From: a candidate division WWE3 bacterium RIFCSPHIGHO2_01_FULL_40_23
GTDB lineage: Bacteria > Patescibacteriota > WWE3 > UBA101185 > 2-01-FULL-41-18
Direction of reading: 5' to 3'
Assembly: GCA_001772615.1 (NCBI GenBank)
Contig: MEUZ01000003.1
Location: forward strand, 12,450-76,449
Length of the DNA stretch: 64,000 nt
Part shown: positions 19,231-28,920 of the stretch, piece after piece
Position numbering within the stretch: position 1 is the stretch's first letter
Layout: every line of letters begins with the position of its first letter
The notes under the pieces: generated by a model
Databases searched by the model: none
The model's input: the letters and a program-made list of their open reading frames with translations, nothing else
Told to the model about the DNA's origin: nothing
Made by a program: the position numbers and the translations under genes

Positions 19231-20167
19231 AACTATAGATGATTTTATTGCTTATTTATCCTCCCCTTTAGAAGCACCAGAAATAAACCAAGATTTATAT
19301 TACAAACCCTACCACTCAAAAACTGATGATTTAATAAAAGAAATTCTCGCCAAGCGTAGCGATGGAAATCGCACGCTTTCCCCCTTCTCTCTACTTGATA
19401 GTAGCGTCATAATTCCACCAGTAATTGATAGCTTTAAAACTGCATATTACTTAACTGCAACTACCTATGGGGATTATGTTGACCTGTATATTCATGAAAA
19501 ACCCATTATCAAAGCAAAAAATCTTCAATCAAGAAGAAATCATGGGTTTAAACAAAAAGAGAAAGTTGATAGAAGTAGCGATTACAGAAGAAGAAACTCA
19601 ATAAGGGCGTTAAACAACATTCGCCAACTTACCCTTGCTAACTTTAACAATGACTATGTAAAACTTCTAACCCTTACTTTTGGTGATTGTGACTTTGATA
19701 TTACTAATCCCAGAATTTGCAACAAATTGTTAAGCAAGTTTCTTCAAAAATTACGCAAACGCTATCCTAAATTTAAATATCTAGGTGTTATTGAGTTTCA
19801 AAAGCGAGGTGCTGTGCATTATCATGTTTTATGTGATTTACCCTTTATTGATAAAGAAGATTTAGCAAACTTGTGGGGATATGGATTTATAGATATCAGA
19901 AAACCTGATTTTATTGTTGGAAGTTACCTTTTCAAATATCTTTCAAAAACCCTGTATGACCAGAAATTAAAGGGTATTAGGGTGTATTTCCACTCTAAAA
20001 ACCTTACCAAACCAGTTTTAAATACAGGCGTTACAGCTTTTACTATTGCTGAAAAACTACAGACTTCTGAGATACACTTTGCTAATGAGTACACTAACAA
20101 ATATAATGGGGATGTTATTAAGTATCGCCAGTTTAAAATTCTTCCTGCACCACCAACAAATGTATGA
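19217..20167 (+). CDS. rep: HUH rolling-circle replication initiator
   Basis: Motif I LLTLTF, motif II EFQKRGAVHYHVL, motif III YLFKYLSK (two Tyr). Confidence 0.9.
   Translation: MKSPETIDDFIAYLSSPLEAPEINQDLYYKPYHSKTDDLIKEILAKRSDGNRTLSPFSLLDSSVIIPPVIDSFKTAYYLTATTYGDYVDLYIHEKPIIKAKNLQSRRNHGFKQKEKVDRSSDYRRRNSIRALNNIRQLTLANFNNDYVKLLTLTFGDCDFDITNPRICNKLLSKFLQKLRKRYPKFKYLGVIEFQKRGAVHYHVLCDLPFIDKEDLANLWGYGFIDIRKPDFIVGSYLFKYLSKTLYDQKLKGIRVYFHSKNLTKPVLNTGVTAFTIAEKLQTSEIHFANEYTNKYNGDVIKYRQFKILPAPPTNV
19352..19404 (+). other. Candidate double-strand origin inside rep
   Basis: Hairpin AAGCGT-A-GCGAT-GGAA-ATCGC-ACGCTT (19352-19378), then CTAC-TTGATA-GTAG (19391-19404) containing CTTGATA. Confidence 0.75.
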
Positions 20168-21678
20168 CTAATAATTGTTTTATTTACTGTAGAAAATCTA
20201 CTGATAGAAATGATAAACAAGAGAAATCCTTGGAAACACAGGAAAGAATTTGTTTAGAAACTGCAAGGCGTAACAATCTTAATGTTTTAGAGGTAATTTT
20301 AGAATCTAAATCAGCTAAAGACGCTGGTAATAGACCTAAATTTGATGAGTTAATCGCACATATTAAAAGTAAAGATGCAGGTGTTATTGTTACTTGGGAT
20401 ATTGATAGATTAGCAAGAAATTTAACTGAAGCAGGACTACTTCAATCTTTATATGAAACTGGCTTTATTCAAAAAATAATCACTGAAAATGATATTTACC
20501 AATCTGATAGGGATTTTATGAATATTGGTCATGAGTTTGTTGATGCTTCTAACTACTCCAGAAGATTAAGGTCAAAAGTTAAAGATGGAATTGAAACAAA
20601 ACTTAGAAATGGCGAAATTCCAGGGTCTGTAAAAATAGGTTATTACATAGTTGATAAGAAAATGAAACCAGACCCAGATAGGTCACCTTTTGTAAAACTA
20701 GCATTTGAAATGTATGTACAAGGTAATTCTCTACGCATTATTACTCAAAAACTTTATGAAATGGGTTTTAGAAGCAAAAAAGGTAACAAAATGTATCTAT
20801 CCAGTATTGCTGAAATGCTAAAAAGAATTGATTACACTGGTACTTTTGAATACAACAAGCAACTTTATCAAGGAAACTATGACCCACTTATTTCAATGGT
20901 TTTATTTGATAAGGTACAAAAATTACTTGTTAAAAACAATCTTCCAAAATCTCAAAAACATTATTTTCTTTACAGGGGGGTTATAAGATGTGCTGACTGT
21001 GGTTGTATGCACACTGCAACTATGAAACAAGGAAAATATGTTTATTACTACTGCACCAACTCAAAGCGTATCTGCAAACAACATGAAAAGTATATTGAGG
21101 AAGAAGAAATGCACAAACTCTACAGCACTAAACTATCTGAATTACCTATAGATGTTGAAATTTTAAATCAATCCTATGACCTGTACGCTAAAAATTACCT
21201 AATGCAGTACAAAGATGTGGAAAATCAGAAAAACCTTGTTAAAAAGCAACTAGGGAATGTAGAAACAAGGATTAAGCGCTTGGTTGATATCTACATAAAT
21301 GGCGAAATCCAACAGGAAGTATATTCTCAAAAATACAAAGAGTTAGTTTTAGAAAAAGAAACACTCCAAAATACCTTAAATAAACTAGAAACCCAAAAAC
21401 CTGAAGAAACCTTGGAAACAATTAGAAAATTCAAAGATTATTGTTGTGACCTGCAAAAAACCTATTCACTTGGTAATAATGAGGTAAAAGATGAAATACT
21501 AAATGCAGTGTGTTGGAATTTTTCTATCCTCAATGGTGAAATAGCGTCAATACAATACAAAAAGCCCTTTGATATGATAGCAAAACTACCCAAAAACGCT
21601 GATTTTAGAAATTGGTGGGTCAAGCAGGATTCGAACCTGCGACCTCCTCGATGTGAACGAGGCGCTCTAACCAGCTGA
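20164..21678 (+). CDS. Large serine recombinase (integrase)
   Basis: YCRKST catalytic Ser, DIDRLAR, recombinase domain, Zn ribbon CADCG..YYYC..C, coiled coil. The last 22 codons read antisense through tRNA-Val. Confidence 0.95.
   Translation: MTNNCFIYCRKSTDRNDKQEKSLETQERICLETARRNNLNVLEVILESKSAKDAGNRPKFDELIAHIKSKDAGVIVTWDIDRLARNLTEAGLLQSLYETGFIQKIITENDIYQSDRDFMNIGHEFVDASNYSRRLRSKVKDGIETKLRNGEIPGSVKIGYYIVDKKMKPDPDRSPFVKLAFEMYVQGNSLRIITQKLYEMGFRSKKGNKMYLSSIAEMLKRIDYTGTFEYNKQLYQGNYDPLISMVLFDKVQKLLVKNNLPKSQKHYFLYRGVIRCADCGCMHTATMKQGKYVYYYCTNSKRICKQHEKYIEEEEMHKLYSTKLSELPIDVEILNQSYDLYAKNYLMQYKDVENQKNLVKKQLGNVETRIKRLVDIYINGEIQQEVYSQKYKELVLEKETLQNTLNKLETQKPEETLETIRKFKDYCCDLQKTYSLGNNEVKDEILNAVCWNFSILNGEIASIQYKKPFDMIAKLPKNADFRNWWVKQDSNLRPPRCERGALTS
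21610..21618 (+). repeat. Candidate att junction at the tRNA-Val CCA end (AATTGGTGG)
   Basis: Partner of 16333-16341. Confidence 0.7.
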
Positions 21679-21689
21679 GCTATAGACCC
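21613..21689 (-). tRNA. tRNA-Val(CAC)
   Basis: Minus strand GGGTCTATAGCTCAGCTGGTTAGAGCG-CCTCG-TTCACAT-CGAGG..GGTTCGAATCC..GACCCACCA; one U-U mismatch in the acceptor stem. Confidence 0.95.
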
Positions 21690-21718
21690 ATTACATCTCT
21701 TATTGTAACATTTAAACC

Positions 21719-22273
21719 ATGTTTAAATCACTGAAAAAGCTTCTAAAAGAATCGTTTTTAACGGCTCTTGTAGCAGTTTTATTAGTCTTTATTGTTAATC
21801 AACTCCTCATTGAACCAGAACAAATATTTGGAGTATCAATGGAACCTGCACTCAAAAACGCCGAAAGAGTGCTTGCGGATAAAATCTTCTATAAAAGAGG
21901 TTCACTAAAAAGAGGGGACATAGTTGTTTTTAAATCCGTTGAAGATAATAAAAGCGTTTTTGTAAAGCGTGTCATTGGTTTACCCGGTGAATCTCTTATG
22001 ATAAAAGAAGACAAGATTAACATATTTAACGACGTCAATCCACAGGGTTTTATCCTGGAAGAGAAATACCTCAAAGATTCTATCAAAACTTACTCTGGGA
22101 GTTTTCTTGAAGAAAGAAAAATTCTTAAAATTCCTGCGGAGGCTTACATTGTTTTAGGGGATAACAGATTTAAAAGCATAGATTCACGAGAATGGGGATT
22201 TCTACCTGAAGAGAAGATAATCGGAAAGATAATTTTTAGGCATTGGCCGCCAAACAGGTTCGGGTTTATATAA
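21719..22273 (+). CDS. lepB: Signal peptidase I
   Basis: GVSMEP (Ser), [11 protein letters not shown] (Lys), LGDNR..SIDSR. Confidence 0.96.
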   Translation: MFKSLKKLLKESFLTALVAVLLVFIVNQLLIEPEQIFGVSMEPALKNAERVLADKIFYKRGSLKRGDIVVFKSVEDNKSVFVKRVIGLPGESLMIKEDKINIFNDVNPQGFILEEKYLKDSIKTYSGSFLEERKILKIPAEAYIVLGDNRFKSIDSREWGFLPEEKIIGKIIFRHWPPNRFGFI

Positions 22274-22517
22274 CACTTATTTTCTTTTTTGACTTTGTGA
22301 CTTGAGAAAAGGCCACTTTTCCATCTCGTTTTGCAAATATAGTAAAGTCTTTCCCCTGGCCAACACCCTCCCCTGCTCTATAAAGACTTCCTCTTTGCCT
22401 AACAATAATTTGGCCTGATTTCACATTTTCTCCCCCAAATATCTTTACACCCAGTCTTTTACCAGCTACGTTACCTTTTTGTTTAGCTTTTGAACTTCCG
22501 GCCTTTTTATGTGCCAT
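22266..22517 (-). CDS. rpmA: 50S ribosomal protein L27
   Basis: [21 protein letters not shown]. Confidence 0.98.
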   Translation of the reverse strand: MAHKKAGSSKAKQKGNVAGKRLGVKIFGGENVKSGQIIVRQRGSLYRAGEGVGQGKDFTIFAKRDGKVAFSQVTKSKKKISVI

Positions 22518-22519
22518 AT

Positions 22520-22909
22520 TTATCTGCCTTTAACTTTGCCTTTTGATACCTTCTTGGGCGTCTTAACCTCTTTAATACCCACTCCAACTGGTTTATGCTT
22601 AACTTCTTCATTAACCTTTCCTATTGAAGCCACTTGCAAAACGGTGAGTTGGGATCTGTATCCCCTTACTTTGTGATACCTTGATTTTGCCTTAAATCTT
22701 CTGATCGTTATTTTTTTACCCTTTTCTTCACCTTCAACTTTAAGATCAACTTTTACATCATTTAAATAAGGGTTTCCGATTGTTATTTTGCTTCCATCTG
22801 AATACATTATCACTTTAGGATCTATTTTTGAGAGCTTATTAACTTTTAATATTTCGCCTTCCTTAACTTTATACTCTCCTCCGGAAAGCTTAATCACGGC
22901 GTATTTCAT
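22520..22909 (-). CDS. rplU: 50S ribosomal protein L21 with basic C-terminal extension
   Basis: [25 protein letters not shown]; upstream of rpmA. Confidence 0.95.
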   Translation of the reverse strand: MKYAVIKLSGGEYKVKEGEILKVNKLSKIDPKVIMYSDGSKITIGNPYLNDVKVDLKVEGEEKGKKITIRRFKAKSRYHKVRGYRSQLTVLQVASIGKVNEEVKHKPVGVGIKEVKTPKKVSKGKVKGR

Positions 22910-22957
22910 AATTTTTAACCTAAGAAATATACATTAAACCAGAAGTTTTAGCAATCT

Positions 22958-23824
22958 TTACTCCTTGCGAGCCGCTACCCAGATTGAGTCATAAAAATTA
23001 ACTCCAAAGAGCAGATTAATAACATAATGAAACATAAAATACAGGTCCTTAGCAAAGAGTTTTAGCCCTTTTGCTGCATAATAGGGATCAAGCGAGCTAT
23101 CTGTGACTTTAAAACCCTCCTTTTCAAGAACTTTAGTAAGCGTTTTTGTCGTGAAATGAGAAAGATGTATTTCTCTTATAGAACCGTCAAGAACGACTTT
23201 CGGAAACTGCATCTTACCCTCACCGTATTTCCTGATGCCAAACTTCCTCAAAAACCTCTTTACTAAAAACTTCAGGCTGTTTACATCGTTTGGAACTGCG
23301 ATAACTAAAACACCACCTTTTTTTAGAAGCATAAAACAGATTTTAATGACATCTCTTGGATAATGCACATGTTCAAGCACATGAAAAAGACTAATGGCAT
23401 CAAACTTTTCGGCTATTTCTTGAATTTCTTCCGCCCTTAGCCTAGTAAGTTTGATCTCGTATTTTTCTTTTGCTGTTTTAATAGCGCTTTCAGAAACCTC
23501 CGTTCCCAAAACTTTTAAAAAATTGCCTTTAGCAAGATTTAAGAACTCCCCTGTTCCAGCACCAATATCAAGAAGAGAACCACCTTTTGATATTGAAAGT
23601 ATTTTCTTCAAGCGCCTATTCCACATTCGCTTTCTCGCACTCTCTTCTAAAACCCACAAATCATATTGCGAGGGTTTTGAATAAAATTCCTCTATTTCCT
23701 TGGGGGAAGGTCTTGGATTATCAAAAATATAACCGCAGTCCAAGCATTTAAAAATTCCAGCGTAATCATCCACTTCCTGGATACCTTTTTCGCCGCACAA
23801 AGGACAAAAATCAAGTTTTTCCAT
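22958..23824 (-). CDS. Class I SAM-dependent methyltransferase with N-terminal Zn ribbon
   Basis: CPLC..CLDC, LLDIGAGTG, HVLEH. Confidence 0.9.
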   Translation of the reverse strand: MEKLDFCPLCGEKGIQEVDDYAGIFKCLDCGYIFDNPRPSPKEIEEFYSKPSQYDLWVLEESARKRMWNRRLKKILSISKGGSLLDIGAGTGEFLNLAKGNFLKVLGTEVSESAIKTAKEKYEIKLTRLRAEEIQEIAEKFDAISLFHVLEHVHYPRDVIKICFMLLKKGGVLVIAVPNDVNSLKFLVKRFLRKFGIRKYGEGKMQFPKVVLDGSIREIHLSHFTTKTLTKVLEKEGFKVTDSSLDPYYAAKGLKLFAKDLYFMFHYVINLLFGVNFYDSIWVAARKE

Positions 23825-23875
23825 AAACTAAGCTATAATAACATCTTTCAGTTTCTCTGCTATACTAAAAGTGCT

Positions 23876-25030
23876 ATGAAAATTGCTATAAATGGTCAGA
23901 TTCTCTTCATAGATGAATTAAAACCAACCGGACCTTACGCTTATACCGAAAATCTTATTAAGGCTTTATCTAGTATTGACCATTCCAATATTTATAATAT
24001 TTATATACCCGAAGAGAATTTAAATAATCATAGTAGCGTTGCTTTTAACGATCTGACAAACCAAAACCCAAACTTTAATTTAATAAAAATAAAAAAAGTA
24101 TTATCTTTCACCCACTTTTCTGTTCCGCTACAACTTTTTAAAGACCGCCCTAATATATTTTTCACAGCTATACACACAGTACCAATCGTCAAACCTAAAA
24201 AAACATTTCTAGTATCAATGGTGCACGGTTTAGAGTATGAATATTCCCCGCGATTTAAAAACACTCTTGGTAAACTAGCCGAAATACTCCCCTTATACCT
24301 CACTTCAAAACTATCAGATATAATTATTGTCCCCTCGAATTACACAAAAGATAAACTTATTGAAAAGAGGTGGGTAAATAAACAAAAGATGTCGGTTATA
24401 CCGGAAGGAATAAAAGACATATACGGTAAAAGCAGTCCGTCAGAAATTGAAGAGGTGAAGAAAAAATTTAATCTAGTAGAAAAACCGTATCTTATATTTA
24501 TCTCAACTATCCAGCCTAGAAAAAATATTCCTAAAATGGTGGAGGCCTTTTCACAAGCTTATAGAGATCTGGGTATAAAAAGTTTGTCACTTTTGATTGT
24601 AGGAAAAAAGGGGTGGGATTACAAAGAAGCGCTTGAAGCCCCAGCAAGATTTGGCATTGAAAATCAAGTCATCTTCAAACATGACGTTTCAGATAATGAT
24701 CTTGCCTCATTATTACCAGGCTCCACAGCTTTTATTAACATTTCGCTTGAGGAGGGCTTTGGGCTTACCGTTTTAGAAGCTTTACGCTGTAAAGTGCCCT
24801 GTATTCTTTCTGATATCCCTCCTTTTCAAGAACTCGCAGCCGGTGCAGCCTATTTTAATGCTCCTGATGATATAAAAGGAACAAAAGAAAACATTATAAA
24901 TGCCATTACAAACACTAAGTTAAATTTAACTCTCTTAAATAAAGGTTATGAAATTTCTAAAAAATACACCTGGGAGAACACAGCAAAAACAACCCTAAGA
25001 GTCTTTGAGAGCCTCGTTAAAAACATTTAA
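23876..25030 (+). CDS. Glycosyltransferase family 4
   Basis: STIQPRKN, EEGFGLTVLEAL. Confidence 0.93.
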   Translation: MKIAINGQILFIDELKPTGPYAYTENLIKALSSIDHSNIYNIYIPEENLNNHSSVAFNDLTNQNPNFNLIKIKKVLSFTHFSVPLQLFKDRPNIFFTAIHTVPIVKPKKTFLVSMVHGLEYEYSPRFKNTLGKLAEILPLYLTSKLSDIIIVPSNYTKDKLIEKRWVNKQKMSVIPEGIKDIYGKSSPSEIEEVKKKFNLVEKPYLIFISTIQPRKNIPKMVEAFSQAYRDLGIKSLSLLIVGKKGWDYKEALEAPARFGIENQVIFKHDVSDNDLASLLPGSTAFINISLEEGFGLTVLEALRCKVPCILSDIPPFQELAAGAAYFNAPDDIKGTKENIINAITNTKLNLTLLNKGYEISKKYTWENTAKTTLRVFESLVKNI

Positions 25031-26140
25031 TGTCTGTGAGGCTGTATTTGTCCAGTTATACTTACCCATTAATCTCCTTCCTTTATCTATAAAACTTTGC
25101 TTCAGTTTAGTGTCTGAAAGTACCATATTTACTTTTTTAGCAATATCGTAGGGATTAAAAGGATCAAAATACAAAACAGAGTCACCATATACCTCCCGAT
25201 GGCAAGGAATATCCGATACAACACAGGGGGTATCATGAATCATTGATTCAAGAGGGGTTAAGCTAAACCCTTCTTTCAATGAAGGAAAGACATAAACTTC
25301 CGCCTCTTTCCGAAGTGAGGTCGCCTCCTCATCCGTTACATACCCACCTCTCCCGGGAAAAACAACAAACTCACCCATGCTCCTCTTCTGTGCTAATTCA
25401 AAAAGGCGCTTGGCAAATAAATCATTCTTCCCCACCAGAACTAACTGCCCCTTATAACCAAAATCTTCCCTCAAAATCTCAAAAGCCTCAAAAAGTCTCT
25501 TTAGATTTTTATGTTCGTACATACTGCCAACGTATAAAATGAAAGGTTCCATTATCCCGTATTTTTTCAAAACACTCTTGGAATTAAGGCCTGAATCTTT
25601 AAGGTCGGGATCTACACCTTCATAAGCCACTACATATTTGTCCCCATTAATGAACGGGTAATTTTCAACAAGGTCTTTTTTTGTAGCCTGGGAAGGCACT
25701 AAAACCCTCGTTGACTTAACCAAAGCCAGAAAAACCACTAAAAAATAGACCCATTTTTTAAACCTGTAATAAAATCTCGGAAGGGTCGTTCCCTCCTCTG
25801 TACTGAAAGTGTGCATTATTATATCGGCTATTGCCGTTACAATCTTAAAAGGATAAAAAAGCGGGATATTAAAGTGAGGTACATACAAAAGGTCTAGCCT
25901 GAAACGCAGTAGCTTTAAAAGAAAGAGAGTTTGTTCCTCAAACGAATACCAACTATAATTCGCCAGTATCTTTTTGAATCTTTCGGACTTCGGCCTGTAT
26001 AAATCAAAGCCCTTTTTCTTAAGAAAAATTAAATATGTATTTTTACTATCCAGCTTTTCAAGGTGAGAAATAATGTTTTTTAAATACCTTCCCGGTCCCG
26101 CTTCATGGTAAAATCTTGCATCTATGCCAATAACACTCAT
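24995..26140 (-). CDS. Glycosyltransferase family 4
   Basis: IGIDAR, YVGSMYEHKN, FPSLKEGFSLTPLES. Confidence 0.93.
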   Translation of the reverse strand: MSVIGIDARFYHEAGPGRYLKNIISHLEKLDSKNTYLIFLKKKGFDLYRPKSERFKKILANYSWYSFEEQTLFLLKLLRFRLDLLYVPHFNIPLFYPFKIVTAIADIIMHTFSTEEGTTLPRFYYRFKKWVYFLVVFLALVKSTRVLVPSQATKKDLVENYPFINGDKYVVAYEGVDPDLKDSGLNSKSVLKKYGIMEPFILYVGSMYEHKNLKRLFEAFEILREDFGYKGQLVLVGKNDLFAKRLFELAQKRSMGEFVVFPGRGGYVTDEEATSLRKEAEVYVFPSLKEGFSLTPLESMIHDTPCVVSDIPCHREVYGDSVLYFDPFNPYDIAKKVNMVLSDTKLKQSFIDKGRRLMGKYNWTNTASQTLNVFNEALKDS

Positions 26141-27486
26141 TTCCTGCCTATTATAATAAGCACATCATAGGCAGTACTTTCTGGTAGAGGCTTTGAGAGC
26201 TTAAAACTATAGGACTTTTGCAGATCAGTTTTGAGGGTGTCGGCAAACTCCTTTTTACTCTCTTTAATTGACACTTCCGTTTCCGCATAATCAAACCGGG
26301 CCGCATTTCCTATCTCGGTTACATTATATCCTTGAAGAGTCAGAAAATCCTTCGCTTTACCTGCTGTACCTACGACACCTGCTCCATTTTCAACTCTTAT
26401 CTTCAGCTTGTCCTTTTCAAGCTTTACAGGCTCTATTTCCGAAGTAGATTCCTTCACCTCTTCCAGCGTTTGTGATGAACTTGTTGACTCTTTAACACCA
26501 AAAACATCCGGTTTCTTTTCAACCTTTCCACCTAACAGATTAAACTTTGCGTGAAAAACCGAGAGAACGATTAAAAGAAGTGATATGGCAACAAGAGCTG
26601 GCGCCGCATATTTAATAAGTGATACTGATCCAACCCTTTCCTTCGTTTCTCCCAAGGAGGCCAGATTATAAAATGATGCAGCCTGTTCCTCATACCCCTC
26701 TTTTACTAACGAATACATTATCAGAAGCCTTTCAAAACCTTCATACTCTTTCAGGCTCACATCAAATGGCAGATCAACTTTTTTTGCGCTGAATGACTGA
26801 TCCAGCTTAAAATCTTCACCAAAATAATACAAAGTCTTTATAGGTTTTTCTCTGTTAAAAGTTGAGAGATCATTAACAAGGGAGCTCATCTTTGAATTTA
26901 TTTCAGAGGATGTAATATATGTCCCTGAAAAATAAACTCCCCCATACTCTGACGCAACAAGCGTGGCTTCATCCACACCTTTGAATATAAAGAAAAACGG
27001 ATCCCTAACCCCCACAAACTTTGAAAAAACAAAGGAATTAGGGAAAATTCCTATACACTCTTTAGTCAAAAGCTTGCAAACCTGTAAAAAGCTTTCAATA
27101 TGGCTTTTTCTTGCCCCCAGGAATTGATACACAAAAGGGCTGACTTTTTGATAAACACAGTAGAGATCCTCAAGAGATCCCCCCACAAAGGCTGAAGCTT
27201 GTTTTCTCAAATTTGAAAGCGGATCCTCCTCATCATTTCCGACTACGAAAAACCGGTCATATATATCTTTTTCTTGAATAAGAAAAAGGATCTTATTTGG
27301 CCGATTCCTAAAAAGTTTTAATAAATCTTTTAGATTTTTAGCAAAATCCTCAACCGAGAGAATGACGCTGTCATTTGCTGTTGTCGGATCAAGACTTACA
27401 GATCTATAAGAAAGGTCTGACGTGGAAATAGCCCTAAGCTGGTTCTTATTCAACTCAACGAGAAAGACCGAAGGAGCCTTAGTCAT
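26137..27486 (-). CDS. Membrane protein with C-terminal LytR_C domain and large N-terminal cytoplasmic domain
   Basis: IRVENGAGVVGTAG...GY....GNA...DVLIIIG after a single TM. Confidence 0.8.
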   Translation of the reverse strand: MTKAPSVFLVELNKNQLRAISTSDLSYRSVSLDPTTANDSVILSVEDFAKNLKDLLKLFRNRPNKILFLIQEKDIYDRFFVVGNDEEDPLSNLRKQASAFVGGSLEDLYCVYQKVSPFVYQFLGARKSHIESFLQVCKLLTKECIGIFPNSFVFSKFVGVRDPFFFIFKGVDEATLVASEYGGVYFSGTYITSSEINSKMSSLVNDLSTFNREKPIKTLYYFGEDFKLDQSFSAKKVDLPFDVSLKEYEGFERLLIMYSLVKEGYEEQAASFYNLASLGETKERVGSVSLIKYAAPALVAISLLLIVLSVFHAKFNLLGGKVEKKPDVFGVKESTSSSQTLEEVKESTSEIEPVKLEKDKLKIRVENGAGVVGTAGKAKDFLTLQGYNVTEIGNAARFDYAETEVSIKESKKEFADTLKTDLQKSYSFKLSKPLPESTAYDVLIIIGRK

Positions 27487-27506
27487 AACCTAAATATGAT
27501 ATCAAA

Positions 27507-28067
27507 TCACACCTTGGAGAGAAAGAGCAGATACTCTTTATTACCACCTCTTTTTCCTTGTATGGGAGATATGGTATAAGAATTGAGTCTTATCCCCTCC
27601 ACATTCTTTATTTTTAAAATGGTCTTTTTAAGAACTTCCTCTTGATCTTCATCCCCTAAAACACCTTTCCTAATTAAATCCCAGTTAGCTTCATAATGCG
27701 GTTTAAGAAGAGATATAACACTTCCCCCGATCTTAAGATTTTTAATGGTATTTGGGAGTATCTTTTCCTGTTTAGTCCATGAAACATCTATCGAAATAAA
27801 GTCTACATGTTCCGGAAGAGTAACGTGCAAAGCGTTTGTCCTTTCCATAACCACAACCCTTTTATCATTTCTAAGTTTATAACTTAACTGCCCGTATGAA
27901 GTGTCAACTGAATAAACTATGCGAGCGCCTTCTCTTAAAAGACATTCCACGAAACCCCCCGTAGAACTTCCGAAATCCGCGCATATCAAATCTTTTACCG
28001 ATATATTAAAGAACTTAAGAGCGTATGACAGTTTCTCCCCAGCTCTTGAAACAAACCCCTCATTCAT
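27507..28067 (-). CDS. tlyA: TlyA-family rRNA methyltransferase (no S4 domain)
   Basis: FVSRAGEKL, DFGSSTGGF, IDVS, LLKPHYE, GNKEYL. Confidence 0.9.
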   Translation of the reverse strand: MNEGFVSRAGEKLSYALKFFNISVKDLICADFGSSTGGFVECLLREGARIVYSVDTSYGQLSYKLRNDKRVVVMERTNALHVTLPEHVDFISIDVSWTKQEKILPNTIKNLKIGGSVISLLKPHYEANWDLIRKGVLGDEDQEEVLKKTILKIKNVEGIRLNSYTISPIQGKRGGNKEYLLFLSKV

Positions 28068-28083
28068 GTAGAAATAATATCAG

Positions 28084-28920
28084 ATGGCGCAGCACCAAGA
28101 TAACAGGTATCATCAGATAAAAAGAGTTCTTGAAATCCATCACAAAAAGGTAATTAAAGACTTTTCTAGAAAGCACGCTCCCCTTCTTAAAAAAACTGCA
28201 TCCAAAGGTGTTTCTTTGGCGGGTGCCGCCGTTATATTCTCATCCCTTCTGGCGGGTGCCGCTTCTTCTGATATTTCAGGAACAAAACAACCCATAAGAA
28301 GCGAGAAGAAAGAAGGCTCGGAAGACGAAAGGAAAGATATCAATCTTATCCTTAAAAGCGGAAATCTTCTTACCGTTGAAAAAGAAAATGAAATAGCGAA
28401 CAAGCTTTCAAAAAACTTTGATCTGAAGCTTTCATCAACCCTTGATGGAAACAGACTCAATGAGGTATATGGCTTTATTGGAGCGGAACAGCATCTTTAC
28501 AGATGGCCAGGGGACACACTTTCAAACCACGATCTTCAGCGAGCGGGAATTGCCCCTTTAAAGGGGGCTTTCGGGTATTTTGATAATGCAGAGCAGGAAA
28601 AGTATTATGTAGCCGTTCAGCTTCATGAACTCCCAGACTGGAATAGCAAATGGTCTACACTAAAACCTTGGTACAGATATAGAAAAGTTTTCGTTTATAA
28701 CCCTGATAACGGGAAGGCAGTTGTGGCCGTAATTGGGGATTCAGGCCCTTCCAAATTTACGGGAAAGACTTTTGGCGGAAGTCCTGAAATTATGGAATAT
28801 CTTCAGAGAGTTGATGGAGCCCAAAAAGGAAAAGTTGTAATATTATTTATAGAAGACCCTGATAACAAAGTTGCTTTGGGGCCAGTTATAACAAATGATA
28901 ACCTAGCACTAACAAGATGA
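28084..28920 (+). CDS. Hypothetical membrane-anchored protein, possible C-terminal double-psi beta-barrel
   Basis: TM near the N-terminus; VFVYNPDNGKAVVAVIGDSGP resembles RlpA-like strands. Confidence 0.6.
   Translation: MAQHQDNRYHQIKRVLEIHHKKVIKDFSRKHAPLLKKTASKGVSLAGAAVIFSSLLAGAASSDISGTKQPIRSEKKEGSEDERKDINLILKSGNLLTVEKENEIANKLSKNFDLKLSSTLDGNRLNEVYGFIGAEQHLYRWPGDTLSNHDLQRAGIAPLKGAFGYFDNAEQEKYYVAVQLHELPDWNSKWSTLKPWYRYRKVFVYNPDNGKAVVAVIGDSGPSKFTGKTFGGSPEIMEYLQRVDGAQKGKVVILFIEDPDNKVALGPVITNDNLALTR

Larger units (their letters stand above)
16336..21618. mobile_element. Integrated rolling-circle/serine-recombinase element at the 3' end of tRNA-Val(CAC)
   Basis: Encodes HUH Rep and a large serine recombinase abutting the tRNA. 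TGGTGG core occurs at both 16336-16341 and 21613-21618. Visibly more AT-rich than the flanks. Confidence 0.85.

Noticed and set aside
16336-21618. Element as a complete inovirus or microvirus prophage
   Set aside because: No Zot-like ATPase, small TM coat proteins or capsid gene within the boundaries.
21613-21689. U-U mismatch in the tRNA-Val acceptor stem as an integration scar or pseudogene sign
   Set aside because: The mismatch lies outside the inferred TGGTGG crossover core; the rest of the cloverleaf and the CCA are intact.
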